Part shown: positions 21,578 through 30,129 of the stretch, in pieces
How the letters are laid out: each line of letters starts with the position of its first letter
How positions within the stretch are numbered: position 1 is the first letter of the stretch
From: a virus
Length of the DNA: 64,000 nt
Virus record (IMG/VR): IMGVR_UViG_3300011335_000809
Location: 32,001 to 96,000 of that record
Strand: one strand, 5' to 3'
Made by a program: the position numbers and the translations under genes
The notes under the pieces: model-generated
Databases searched by the model: none
Seen by the model: only the letters and a program-made list of their open reading frames with translations
Told to the model about the DNA's origin: nothing

Positions 21578-21672
21578 TTATCGCCAGATGGGTTCTGTAT
21601 TTCAGCATAACACCCAGTGACCGATCAAATGTTTTAACTTATGTTGGGGACATCAGATAGAGTTTCAACCCC
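21578..21672 (-). ncRNA. conserved tRNA-array 5' leader RNA motif, copy 1
   Basis: Shares GGTGTTATGCTGAAATACAGAACC core and flanks with 31613-31741, with compensatory stem changes. Confidence 0.7.
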
Positions 21673-21687
21673 GTTCGTTATATTTCT

Positions 21688-21715
21688 AATTTACCATACT
21701 TCGTCAAATTGTCAA
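21688..21715 (-). promoter_or_regulatory. sigma70-type promoter for tRNA array 1
   Basis: TTGACA-N16-TAAATT. Confidence 0.7.
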
Positions 21716-21726
21716 CCATTAAAATC

Positions 21727-21760
21727 AAAAACCCGTCATTCTTTTTAAAAGTGACGGGTT
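21727..21760 (-). terminator. attenuator terminator 1
   Basis: ACCCGTCA...TGACGGGT followed by U-rich tail; 5' arm can alternatively pair with 21776-21787. Confidence 0.85.
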
Positions 21761-21787
21761 GTATATTTTTAGCAAACAACCACTCAC

Positions 21788-21841
21788 TCAACTTCCGGAT
21801 GGGAGTTGACTGGCTTGACTAGGTTGTGAAATTAAATTCAT
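21788..21841 (-). CDS. leader peptide 1, MNLISQPSQASQLPSGS
   Basis: 17-codon ORF after late-promoter-like TATATATT, just upstream of antiterminator/terminator; composition matches tRNA array 1. Confidence 0.75.
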   Translation of the reverse strand: MNLISQPSQASQLPSGS

Positions 21842-21919
21842 ATTCGTACTAATATATAGTGTTTGAAATTATAAATCAACAAAATTATTTAATAATTTTC
21901 AAATAAACTTCATTAAATT

Positions 21920-22873
21920 TTAGGATACTTTCTCAAATCCCGTCATATTAATTACGTTCAGGTTTTGACCAATAATAGCCTCTACTTGAGTTTTTCTACT
22001 GAGTAACCAAGCAAATGATCCAACTTTATACCACGCGCCCAATAGTGCCAATTCACTACCTACCTGCACAAATATTGGATTTCCAGAATCACCACCTCTT
22101 TGTGTCTCATAATACGACTGTGATGTGCCAAATACTGAAGCTTCTACATCAGCAACTGCATCAATTAATCGGGTCATATCTCCAATTGAAACTTTTTTGT
22201 CTTGATTGAGGAACAAAACAGGTAACCGTAAAGTTATGAATTGGACCCCCATCACACTATTAATTTCAGTTTTGATGTATTGTTGCCAGTTGTCTGGTAA
22301 TACTGAATATATCTTCAGACTACTATCAATTGATTGATCAAGAGTTCCAATTGCAATATCACTTCCATCAATCTTGTCGATCTTGATGATGTTGTATTTG
22401 AAGGTCACATTGTTATCGTTAACAAAAAAGATTTCTGAATTTGGCAAATAAGGAACGTGTGCAGACAATAAGACATGTTTATTAGTAATAAGAGTTCCAC
22501 CTCCAACACCACCGAGGCCATTTATACCAGCTGCAGTGCCTGTCCATTTATAAGATATCACCCAAGAAGCAGAATTTCGAACCCAAGAAAAAGTAGATTG
22601 GATAAACGCACTGAATAAACTACGGTCTTTGCTGGTCGCCATCATTTTGATCAGTGTGGATTTGATATTAGATACCCAGTTAGTACGTACACTACCACTA
22701 CTACCACTACTACCACCTATACCGCTACTACCAACTGTTTTACTAGATATCACTTTTGGTAACAATGCATTAGATATAAGTTTAGTTACTACAGATGTTG
22801 ATTGAAGAATTATTGTTTTTAATGAGGAAGTGCCTATTCCGCTACTACCACTTGATCCACTTGTCGATGCCAT
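21920..22873 (-). CDS. trypsin-like serine protease
   Basis: LLSAH, DIAIG, GGDSGNP catalytic triad motifs. Confidence 0.85.
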   Translation of the reverse strand: MASTSGSSGSSGIGTSSLKTIILQSTSVVTKLISNALLPKVISSKTVGSSGIGGSSGSSGSVRTNWVSNIKSTLIKMMATSKDRSLFSAFIQSTFSWVRNSASWVISYKWTGTAAGINGLGGVGGGTLITNKHVLLSAHVPYLPNSEIFFVNDNNVTFKYNIIKIDKIDGSDIAIGTLDQSIDSSLKIYSVLPDNWQQYIKTEINSVMGVQFITLRLPVLFLNQDKKVSIGDMTRLIDAVADVEASVFGTSQSYYETQRGGDSGNPIFVQVGSELALLGAWYKVGSFAWLLSRKTQVEAIIGQNLNVINMTGFEKVS

Positions 22874-22964
22874 AAAATAAACCTTTCGTTAATTATAAAT
22901 AGGTCATAAAAATAAAAAACCCGCTTATTTCTAAGCGGGATTATATACACTATTTTAGTTTAGA

Positions 22965-23663
22965 TTAAAATGTCAATCTCAAACCGCCGGAATATACTAC
23001 ATCGCCACTAAGTTCACGGGTAGCCCAATTATATTTAGTAGCATTAAAATTGTTGTCATACCATCCAGCACTTGCAAATGGAGTCAATACACCAAATGAA
23101 GTTTCAAAAGGACGAGTCACTGACAACTTTGCATTTACAGCTGTATAGTCTTCTACCTTACCATATTCAACAGCAGGAGTTACAACAAATCCAAATGGAA
23201 GTTTTTGAGCACGTTCTGCGCCAATAAACACACCACTTTGTTTCAAGTCTACATCATAAAATCCACGAAGATATGGTGTTACAAACTTATTTGGCAAAGC
23301 CAATTTAACACCAAATTCAGTACTATTTGGAATACCAAAGTTACCTGCTTGGTGACGAGTTACAGTTGTATCCAATCGTGCGGAAAATACATCCTTCCAT
23401 ACGTTTACTTCCTTGCCAGCACCCAGCGTCCAATGCGACTGATCTAGATCACCATTAGCCAATAGAGTACCACCCAAGTATACATCTGCATACTTCAGAC
23501 TCTTTACAGCACCTACACCAACAAATGCTGCGCCTTCAGAACGAGATACACCATTGACGATGTATTGGTTGTTATACCCAGCTTCAACTGAGATGTTTGA
23601 GGTGTCGCCTGCAGATACAGCCAAAGCGGCCAATACTGACAATAATACTAATACTTTCTTCAT
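22965..23663 (-). CDS. outer-membrane beta-barrel protein (host-like)
   Basis: Signal peptide, amphipathic beta strands, C-terminal GGLRLTF. Confidence 0.75.
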   Translation of the reverse strand: MKKVLVLLSVLAALAVSAGDTSNISVEAGYNNQYIVNGVSRSEGAAFVGVGAVKSLKYADVYLGGTLLANGDLDQSHWTLGAGKEVNVWKDVFSARLDTTVTRHQAGNFGIPNSTEFGVKLALPNKFVTPYLRGFYDVDLKQSGVFIGAERAQKLPFGFVVTPAVEYGKVEDYTAVNAKLSVTRPFETSFGVLTPFASAGWYDNNFNATKYNWATRELSGDVVYSGGLRLTF

Positions 23664-23819
23664 ATTTAACTATCCTTTATTTTGTTTATTTATGTTTACT
23701 ACCCACGTTAAGAACAGCTTAACGTTTATTTTGAAAAGACACTAAAATGTACTTTTCAGAATAATTTTTTATCAACTAATATATAGTTTTTATAATCTTA
23801 TTATAACTAATTTATTTAG

Positions 23820-24140
23820 TCAAACAGATTTTACCTTCTTGAGACGCTTGTTCAAAATCTTATCTTTTTCAGGCAAATAAACGTAAGAAGCCTTTAAACT
23901 ACGTTTACTTTCACCCAAAATAGACAACGTTTCTTCGTGAACGTCTAATGTTTCTAGTATTGTGCTCTTTACAAATCTAAAACTATCAGTGCCTACAACA
24001 TCAATACAGATACCATATGATAGATCTCTATATTGAACATCTGTTGCACCATACTTTGTACACAATACATCCTTGATTTTAGCCTTCTTGTCATTACTAA
24101 AGACTAAATTCGCCATATCAATTTTACTTAGTTCATTCAT
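23820..24140 (-). CDS. hypothetical protein
   Basis: 106 aa ORF with upstream TTGACA promoter. Confidence 0.6.
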   Translation of the reverse strand: MNELSKIDMANLVFSNDKKAKIKDVLCTKYGATDVQYRDLSYGICIDVVGTDSFRFVKSTILETLDVHEETLSILGESKRSLKASYVYLPEKDKILNKRLKKVKSV

Positions 24141-24243
24141 ACTATACTTTTATTATACTTGTTAACGGTTGATTGTCAATAAAAAATAAAACGATTAATT
24201 TTTACATCAATCGTTTTACTCCATTTAAATTTAAATCTATTTT

Positions 24244-24657
24244 TTACTTCTTTTTAAGCTTACCCATAAGCTTTTTGAGTTTGTCAGGCTGATGTGCTTG
24301 TAACCATTTAAAATAATCTTCCTTCTCTCTACGTGAAAGCTCACTGTCTCTATAAAGACCAGCATACTTCTTTACAATATCTCTAAAAGGATCTCCACTT
24401 TCATTTGTCTTCTTAAGTCTATCTATCTTGGATTTCAACATTTTCTTATAATTATCCAAAGAACCATAATCTTTTGCTCTACTTGGATCTGGATTTTTTA
24501 ACAACTTTTCCAAGTCAGCAATATCTTTATTCTTATCATTTTCAGAAAGATGTGCGGTTAATTCATCACTTTCAACTTCAGCAGCATTATCAAAATCTTC
24601 GTTTAATACTTCTCTTGTCAAACTTTTAATTAACTTCTTTAAATCATTTTTAGTCAT
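24244..24657 (-). CDS. putative head-packaged protein
   Basis: MTKNDLKKLIKSLTREVLNE N-terminal motif; TATTTATA upstream. Confidence 0.6.
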   Translation of the reverse strand: MTKNDLKKLIKSLTREVLNEDFDNAAEVESDELTAHLSENDKNKDIADLEKLLKNPDPSRAKDYGSLDNYKKMLKSKIDRLKKTNESGDPFRDIVKKYAGLYRDSELSRREKEDYFKWLQAHQPDKLKKLMGKLKKK

Positions 24658-24692
24658 ATGTTATAAATATAAATATTATTAATTAGCTACAT

Positions 24693-24863
24693 TTATTTTT
24701 CTTTTATACTATCACTCCAACCATTTCTATGTTTAAACATCCAATCCACTAACGCGGTCTCAAATCCTATATCAGTCCCTCTTTTTTCACTCTCTATCCA
24801 TTTGTGTATTTCTATCTCATTTTTTAATTGAAGAAACTTTTGATAGAGATTTGATTCGTTCAT
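24693..24863 (-). CDS. small protein MNESNLYQKF...EIHKWIESEKRGTDIGFETALVDW (DUF4032-like; not in ORF track)
   Basis: 56 aa ORF translated by hand; TATTTAT upstream; HKW.ESEK.G.DIGF motif. Confidence 0.7.
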   Translation of the reverse strand: MNESNLYQKFLQLKNEIEIHKWIESEKRGTDIGFETALVDWMFKHRNGWSDSIKEK

Positions 24864-24882
24864 ACACAAATAAATAGTATGA

Positions 24883-25353
24883 TTATTTAAGCGGTATATA
24901 CAAATCTCCTGTTAATCCTTTTTGAGTTAAATAATTAGCATCGCTAATCGCTAACGGACTCTTAATATAACCATATTTTTTACTCAATATTTTACGTAGT
25001 TCGTTACCAGCTAATTGTATCAAATCTAATTGTTCTTGTCCACCACTATTTTTAATTTTACCAGCAAGTCCAAACGGTAACATACGTTCATATTGTTTAT
25101 ACAAATTAATTATATCATTATAATGCGGCAACTCCAAGACAGGCCCTTTTAACTTAGTAGTTATTATTTGTTTACCAAATCGTTTAGCTACTTCTAAATT
25201 ATCCGTATGATTTGCTCCCAATGTAGCCACTAACTTGTCACCTGGCTTGGTGCTGTTGATACCCAACCCAACATTACCATACGCAGGATTAACACCTCTA
25301 TACACAGTCAATCCACCTGATTCTTCTTTCAATAAATCTTTTAATAATATCAT
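24883..25353 (-). CDS. putative head-packaged ART-like protein (start revised to MILLKDLLKEE)
   Basis: VYRG...TDNLEVAKRFG; tracked start overlaps tRNA-Cys. Confidence 0.5.
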   Translation of the reverse strand: MILLKDLLKEESGGLTVYRGVNPAYGNVGLGINSTKPGDKLVATLGANHTDNLEVAKRFGKQIITTKLKGPVLELPHYNDIINLYKQYERMLPFGLAGKIKNSGGQEQLDLIQLAGNELRKILSKKYGYIKSPLAISDANYLTQKGLTGDLYIPLK

Positions 25354-25375
25354 ATAGTAATAAATATATAAAAAA

Positions 25376-25466
25376 TGGAGCACGATCAAGGTTACGCTCC
25401 TTGCATATGTACTTTCATACAACGATGTTTTGCAGACATCTCAGTTCTCTAGCTCCGTCATCGTGC
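25376..25466 (-). tRNA. tRNA-Cys(GCA) with long variable arm
   Basis: GATGT-CTGCAAA-ACATC, U73, CCA, TGTA-TGAAAG-TACA variable stem. Confidence 0.8.
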
Positions 25467-25496
25467 TTTAAAAATGGAACCTATATAGGCATTAAA

Positions 25497-26300
25497 TCAT
25501 TCAGTATCATTTGTACCAAAAATACGCTTCCAAATTCCTATTCTTTTAGGTTTTACTTCGGATTTTTCTTCTTTAGGTTGATTATCTTTGTCCAACTTAA
25601 TGTGAACAGTTCGATTAGACATCCGCATCAATACCTCTGCACCTTTTGGCCACTCTCCCAATTTGTTCTTAAATTCATATCCATCTTTTTTCAGATTTAC
25701 TCTCAAATTTTGAGTCAAAAGAGCATTTTCTTTCTTCAACTCTTCTATGATCTTTTCATACTCTACTATCTTGTTCTTCAAAAAATCTCGTTCCTTTGTA
25801 AGCAATTCAATCTTAGATACAAGCTCATTTTGATCTTTATCAGTCTTTGCAACTTTAAGTTCATCACTCAAATCTACAATCTCTTTGGTCATACTAACAA
25901 GCGTATTGCGCAACGACTTTAAATCAGATTCAAGTGCAGATTTTTCTTGTGTCAAATCTTTGATCTTAACATCTTTTTCATCAGATGATACTTTCAACTG
26001 TTCAGTAATACTATTTAATTGAGTCATATTAGTATACAATATACTCAACTTATTATCATAACTCTTCAATAATACAGATAACTCCGTATTCTTTTGATTT
26101 AAATTGGTAATCAATAAACTTTGATTTACAACAATCTCTGTCTGGTTAACAACTTTCTTAGTTAACGCTTTATTATCTATATTCAATGAACTAAATAATG
26201 TATATAATCCAAAAGTTATTAATACAATTACAGCAATTATAACATATAATATCTTTTTATTAGTAACCGAAAATGTTTGGGGAGCGTTTGTAGATTCCAT
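25497..26300 (-). CDS. membrane-anchored coiled-coil protein
   Basis: N-terminal TM helix, long heptad repeats. Confidence 0.7.
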   Translation of the reverse strand: MESTNAPQTFSVTNKKILYVIIAVIVLITFGLYTLFSSLNIDNKALTKKVVNQTEIVVNQSLLITNLNQKNTELSVLLKSYDNKLSILYTNMTQLNSITEQLKVSSDEKDVKIKDLTQEKSALESDLKSLRNTLVSMTKEIVDLSDELKVAKTDKDQNELVSKIELLTKERDFLKNKIVEYEKIIEELKKENALLTQNLRVNLKKDGYEFKNKLGEWPKGAEVLMRMSNRTVHIKLDKDNQPKEEKSEVKPKRIGIWKRIFGTNDTE

Positions 26301-26366
26301 AAATTTATTTTATTATATATATAATCCACTGACATTTAAATATTTTTTTAAAATATAATATCAAAG

Positions 26367-26846
26367 TTACCAAGCCCTACATGACCAATATCTCGCTTTA
26401 GTACGTGGACCAGGATTATCACAATTGTGTCTTGCTCTAAAATTTTTTCTACGTGCTGGATTATTCTTTTTTATGGCCATTCTTTTACCTTTAGCTGAAG
26501 ATCCACCAAATCCAAAATTTACCTTAACCACTTTTCCGTTGGGATTTTTAACGTATACTTTAGATTTCTTAACATCACCTTGCATTGGTTTACCAAGGAT
26601 CACTTTACGACCATGATATTCTGCTTCACATAATGGTTGATTATATTCTCGCATGAATTGAACAAATTCTTTTACATCTCGTTCACTTTCAACATCATAT
26701 TCTTCTATATTGTCTTCATCTACAAAACCTTCTTTTTTAACACAGTTTGGTACCATTCTTCCGCCTTTTTCTTTCATACCAATTTGTTTATAAGAGTCCC
26801 AACACGCCTCTTCAATCTCATTTAAAAGTTCTTTTAACTTAATCAT
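26367..26846 (-). CDS. conserved phage protein (ARYWSC family), putative head-packaged
   Basis: MIKLKELLNE start; CWDSYKQIG..VPNCV; RARHNCD...KARYWSCRAW. Confidence 0.75.
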   Translation of the reverse strand: MIKLKELLNEIEEACWDSYKQIGMKEKGGRMVPNCVKKEGFVDEDNIEEYDVESERDVKEFVQFMREYNQPLCEAEYHGRKVILGKPMQGDVKKSKVYVKNPNGKVVKVNFGFGGSSAKGKRMAIKKNNPARRKNFRARHNCDNPGPRTKARYWSCRAW

Positions 26847-26885
26847 ATCTATAAATATACAAATTAAAATAAAACGTTTTAAAAA

Positions 26886-27081
26886 TGGCGATAGAGTTGG
26901 GAATCAAACCCAAACCTCAAGTTTTATTACCTTACTGGAGTTTATCGACGTGACAATCATAAGAATAATACATCTAAAATATAGGTTATTCCATAGTCGT
27001 CGTTTACATTTACCCAAATAAATTTGGATCATCCCAGCTACAGCTAACCTCTGTAACGTGCTTTCATTACACTACTCTATC
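26886..27081 (-). ncRNA. tRNA-framed RNA with about 120-nt insertion in the anticodon arm
   Basis: Perfect acceptor GATAGAG/CTCTATC-GCCA, D arm and T arm. Confidence 0.7.
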
Positions 27082-27087
27082 ATAAAA

Positions 27088-27164
27088 TGGCGCACCCGGA
27101 GGGACTCTAACCCCCAACCTTTCCGGTAGAAACGGATGGCTCTATACAATTGAGCTACGAGTGC
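27088..27164 (-). tRNA. tRNA-Arg(TCT)
   Basis: Loop TTTCTAC, CCA. Confidence 0.92.
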
Positions 27165-27241
27165 GTTAAAATGGTTAGTAACTGTTCTCACCAGTGATCA
27201 CTGAGTAAAAGGAATTGAACCCAACAATTACTAACAAAAAA

Positions 27242-27319
27242 TGGTTGTCCCGATTGGATTTGAACCAACGACCTTTGTGTTATCAACACACTGCTCTAAA
27301 CCAACTGAGCTACGGGACA
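27242..27319 (-). tRNA. tRNA-Ile(GAT)
   Basis: Loop TTGATAA, CCA. Confidence 0.95.
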
Positions 27320-27336
27320 ATTGAAAAATAATAATT

Positions 27337-28221
27337 TTGGCGATATTAAACATTCTCGTTCATATTTATAATTGTATGAAGAATATAACACCCACAGATA
27401 AAATTGTCAACTTAAAAAGTAGAGATCCAATTGAACTTGAATGTTACGAATGTAAATCAACTTATCAACACGCAAAACATCGTTATTTATGTTATAAACT
27501 TAAAGGAAAATTATCAGGATGTTTTTGCACACAAAAGTGTGCTATGACATACAAAAGTAAATTAAAAAATATAAATACTAACTGTGAATATTGTAAAAAA
27601 GATATTACTAAAAGTTTGAATCAATATAAAAAATCTAAATTGCATTTTTGCTCAACTTCTTGTTCCGCAACACATTGGAATAAAATTCACCATCCTATTA
27701 GGATAACAAAATCAAAAAGAACGGTAAAACTACCTATATTATTAACTTGTACAAATTGTTTAAATCAACATTATAGAAAATATTATAAATCAAGTAAAAG
27801 TGGTACCAATTTTTGTACTAGATCTTGTCAATCAATTTATGCAAATAAGACTTGGAATAAGTCTTCTAGGTTTGGAATAAATAAAAGTCGTTGTGAAACT
27901 ATATTAAAAAATATTATTTTAAATGAATTTCCAAATTTACAAATTATTGAAAATGATAGAACTACAATTAAAGGCGGATTAGAAATAGATTTACACATAC
28001 CAAGCAAAAATGTTGCAATTGAATTAAATGGTCCCTGTCATTATATTCCTATATTTGGTACAAAAGAACTAGAAAAAACACAAAATAAAGATTTATTAAA
28101 AATTGAATATTGTCAAAATAATAACATTAAACTTTTCGTAGTTAATGTGATGGGATTAAAAAATCAAATACAAACATTAACTGATGTATTTAATACTACA
28201 CTAAAATCACATTTAGTGTGA
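27337..28221 (+). CDS. Zn-finger endonuclease of the very-short-patch/DUF559-like PD-(D/E)xK type; start probably at 27376
   Basis: FCSxxC repeats; LEIDLHIP..AIELNGPCHY...DLLK; antisense insertion in tRNA array. Confidence 0.75.
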   Translation: MAILNILVHIYNCMKNITPTDKIVNLKSRDPIELECYECKSTYQHAKHRYLCYKLKGKLSGCFCTQKCAMTYKSKLKNINTNCEYCKKDITKSLNQYKKSKLHFCSTSCSATHWNKIHHPIRITKSKRTVKLPILLTCTNCLNQHYRKYYKSSKSGTNFCTRSCQSIYANKTWNKSSRFGINKSRCETILKNIILNEFPNLQIIENDRTTIKGGLEIDLHIPSKNVAIELNGPCHYIPIFGTKELEKTQNKDLLKIEYCQNNNIKLFVVNVMGLKNQIQTLTDVFNTTLKSHLV

Positions 28222-28224
28222 AAG

Positions 28225-28296
28225 CCCTCCATACGAGACTCGCACTCGTTACTACATCGTGACAGGATGTTATGATAACTCATTCAACAATGGAAG
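28225..28296 (-). tRNA. tRNA-Asp(GTC), no encoded CCA
   Basis: ACATC-CTGTCAC-GATGT, G73. Confidence 0.85.
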
Positions 28297-28460
28297 AAAA
28301 ATAAATTGGTGCTGTGCTCTCCACGCCGTCTCTGTGTTTTACCGAATGTACCGGTCGGCAGTCACTTATGGGGTCAGTTACCCATTACTAAATTGGCAGT
28401 TAGTTTAATGTGTCTTTACAGAAAAGATTTAACTACTAACTGTTCAGTGTTAGCTGAAGA

Positions 28461-28538
28461 TGGTGGATGCGGTGGGATTTGAACCCACAACCTTTCGGGT
28501 AAGAGCCGAATACTCTGATCCAGTTGAGTTACACATCC
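28461..28538 (-). tRNA. tRNA-Lys(CTT)
   Basis: TTCGG-CTCTTAC-CCGAA, CCA. Confidence 0.93.
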
Positions 28539-28765
28539 ATAAAAAATTGTATCTAATATTGTCAACGAACTATAATCATCTTACCACACTTTATTCTTCC
28601 GTCAACAACTTTCTTAAAAAATATTCTGAACAAATCAACTTTATTTGAGTGGTAGCTGCACCCACTCTCCGTATTCCCAAATTAACCGTCTGGCCACATT
28701 CAAGGGCTTTCACTTGGATAGTTGATACCGGAGTATAGTGTTGTCTTCACCTAGTTCAGAAAAAA

Positions 28766-28883
28766 TGGTGGGCTACGACTGGACTTTCACCAGTAAACGA
28801 TACAACCTTTCACTCAGGAACATACCCTCCTTCGGTTATATCAGCGGAGTCATCGCCGTGTCTTATATTTCCACCACACGCCC
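28766..28883 (-). ncRNA. tRNA-framed RNA with expanded anticodon arm
   Basis: GGGC.../GCCC-ACCA ends, D stem GTG/CAC, T arm ACTGG-TGAAAGT-CCAGT. Confidence 0.6.
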
Positions 28884-29154
28884 ATAAAAAAATCTTAATG
28901 TCGCTCACGTACTGCGACTCTCACGGCCTCATAATGCGATGTGCGGGTGGCCGTTGTGCATTCAAACAAATCTACCTCGCCTACTTTTTACGATATTGAA
29001 CTGATTTAGCGACTGTTGTACCTGTTCGGCCCTTCCACCGACTCACGTTTTTTATGGTTGCCCATCGCATTGTTATACAACAGTTTTATTTTCAGCGTTT
29101 ACGTATATCCTTAGTTATCTTGATATGTTTCGTATATACACCAATTAAGAAAAA

Positions 29155-29230
29155 TGGTCCCAGTTGTTGGTTCCGCCCCAACCTCTATTCGTCTTCAGCG
29201 AATCGCTTTCACTAGGTTAGCTTAACTGGG
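29155..29230 (-). tRNA. tRNA-Phe(GAA)
   Basis: ATTCG-CTGAAGA-CGAAT, CCA. Confidence 0.88.
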
Positions 29231-29330
29231 ATTATAAATTAAATTGACAAGTCAAAGGAATCGAACCTTTTCGGCACAGCATCACTGCACCTTTACCACG
29301 CCCTGCGCACTAGCACCTGTCAAAATCACG

Positions 29331-29477
29331 ATGTATGGTTGGATTCGAACCAACGGCTACTTTTACAACCATTAACATATAATTAATGGAATTTTTATTT
29401 ATTACAACCTAACATAAGATTTTTACGGGCTTACCCCATAGTTAGGTACTCTGCTCTGCCAACTGAGCTACATACAA
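29331..29477 (-). ncRNA. tRNA-framed RNA with about 75-nt insertion
   Basis: Canonical D arm GCTCAGTTGGCAGAGC and T arm GTTGG-TTCGAAT-CCAAC; TGTATG/CATACA acceptor. Confidence 0.65.
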
Positions 29478-29486
29478 TGTTTAAAA

Positions 29487-29572
29487 TGGTGGGGTATGTA
29501 GGTAATGCGCCTACCGAGCCTTTCAGCGCCAGATTTACAGTCTGGACCATCTCTTTAATGGTATAATACCCC
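29487..29572 (-). tRNA. tRNA-Tyr(GTA)
   Basis: CCAGA-CTGTAAA-TCTGG, variable arm, CCA. Confidence 0.92.
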
Positions 29573-29703
29573 GAAAAATTTAACGTCATATGTTTGTTTC
29601 ACCATATGACGGTGACTGAGGTTCTTCTTTCACCGTTACGTTCTAGTTATCCTCACCTATGCACAGGTAGAACGGCATTAGTCACTTCAGAAGACTTATA
29701 AAA

Positions 29704-29779
29704 TGGCTCCAAGAGAGGGCAACGATCCCCCAACCTTTCGGGTAACAACCGAATGCTCTACCAATTGAGCTATCTTGGA
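29704..29779 (-). tRNA. tRNA-Asn(GTT)
   Basis: TTCGG-TTGTTAC-CCGAA, CCA. Confidence 0.93.
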
Positions 29780-29894
29780 ATTAAAAATTAAAAATGTTTA
29801 CTGGATTTCAACGAACGTTCCATCTACTAATCATAACCTCGTCAGATTATAACATTCAATGTCTATCAGTGTCAATACATTACTTACTACTTCA

Positions 29895-29968
29895 ACTATT
29901 GATTCAGATTCGAACTGAATTACTCCCGCTTATTCGTGCGGTTGTTTTACCAATTAAACTACGTTCGT
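29895..29968 (-). pseudogene. degenerate tRNA (D and T arms intact, acceptor unpaired)
   Basis: GTTTAATTGGTAAAAC and TTCAG-TTCGAAT-CTGAA; 8-nt anticodon loop. Confidence 0.55.
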
Positions 29969-29995
29969 TGCCTTCACCTAATGTATTTGAAAAAA

Positions 29996-30070
29996 TGGCA
30001 AAGTGGGTGGGTAACGCTCCCACATAAAGCAGTTTTGGAGACTGCTGCATTTCTTGTCTGCCACCACCTT
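29996..30070 (-). tRNA. tRNA-Trp(CCA)
   Basis: GCAGT-CTCCAAA-ACTGC, G73, CCA. Confidence 0.9.
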
Positions 30071-30129
30071 GTTAAAATGGTATCTCCACCGTTAATATTT
30101 CAGTGGCCGTACCTGTTACTCTCTGTAAA

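Noticed and set aside
21578-21672. RNase P or HDV/twister ribozyme identity for the leader motif
   Set aside because: ACAGAACCC resembles the RNase P 3' motif, but GAGGAAAGTCC and CGGCTTA are missing and no ribozyme core consensus could be fitted
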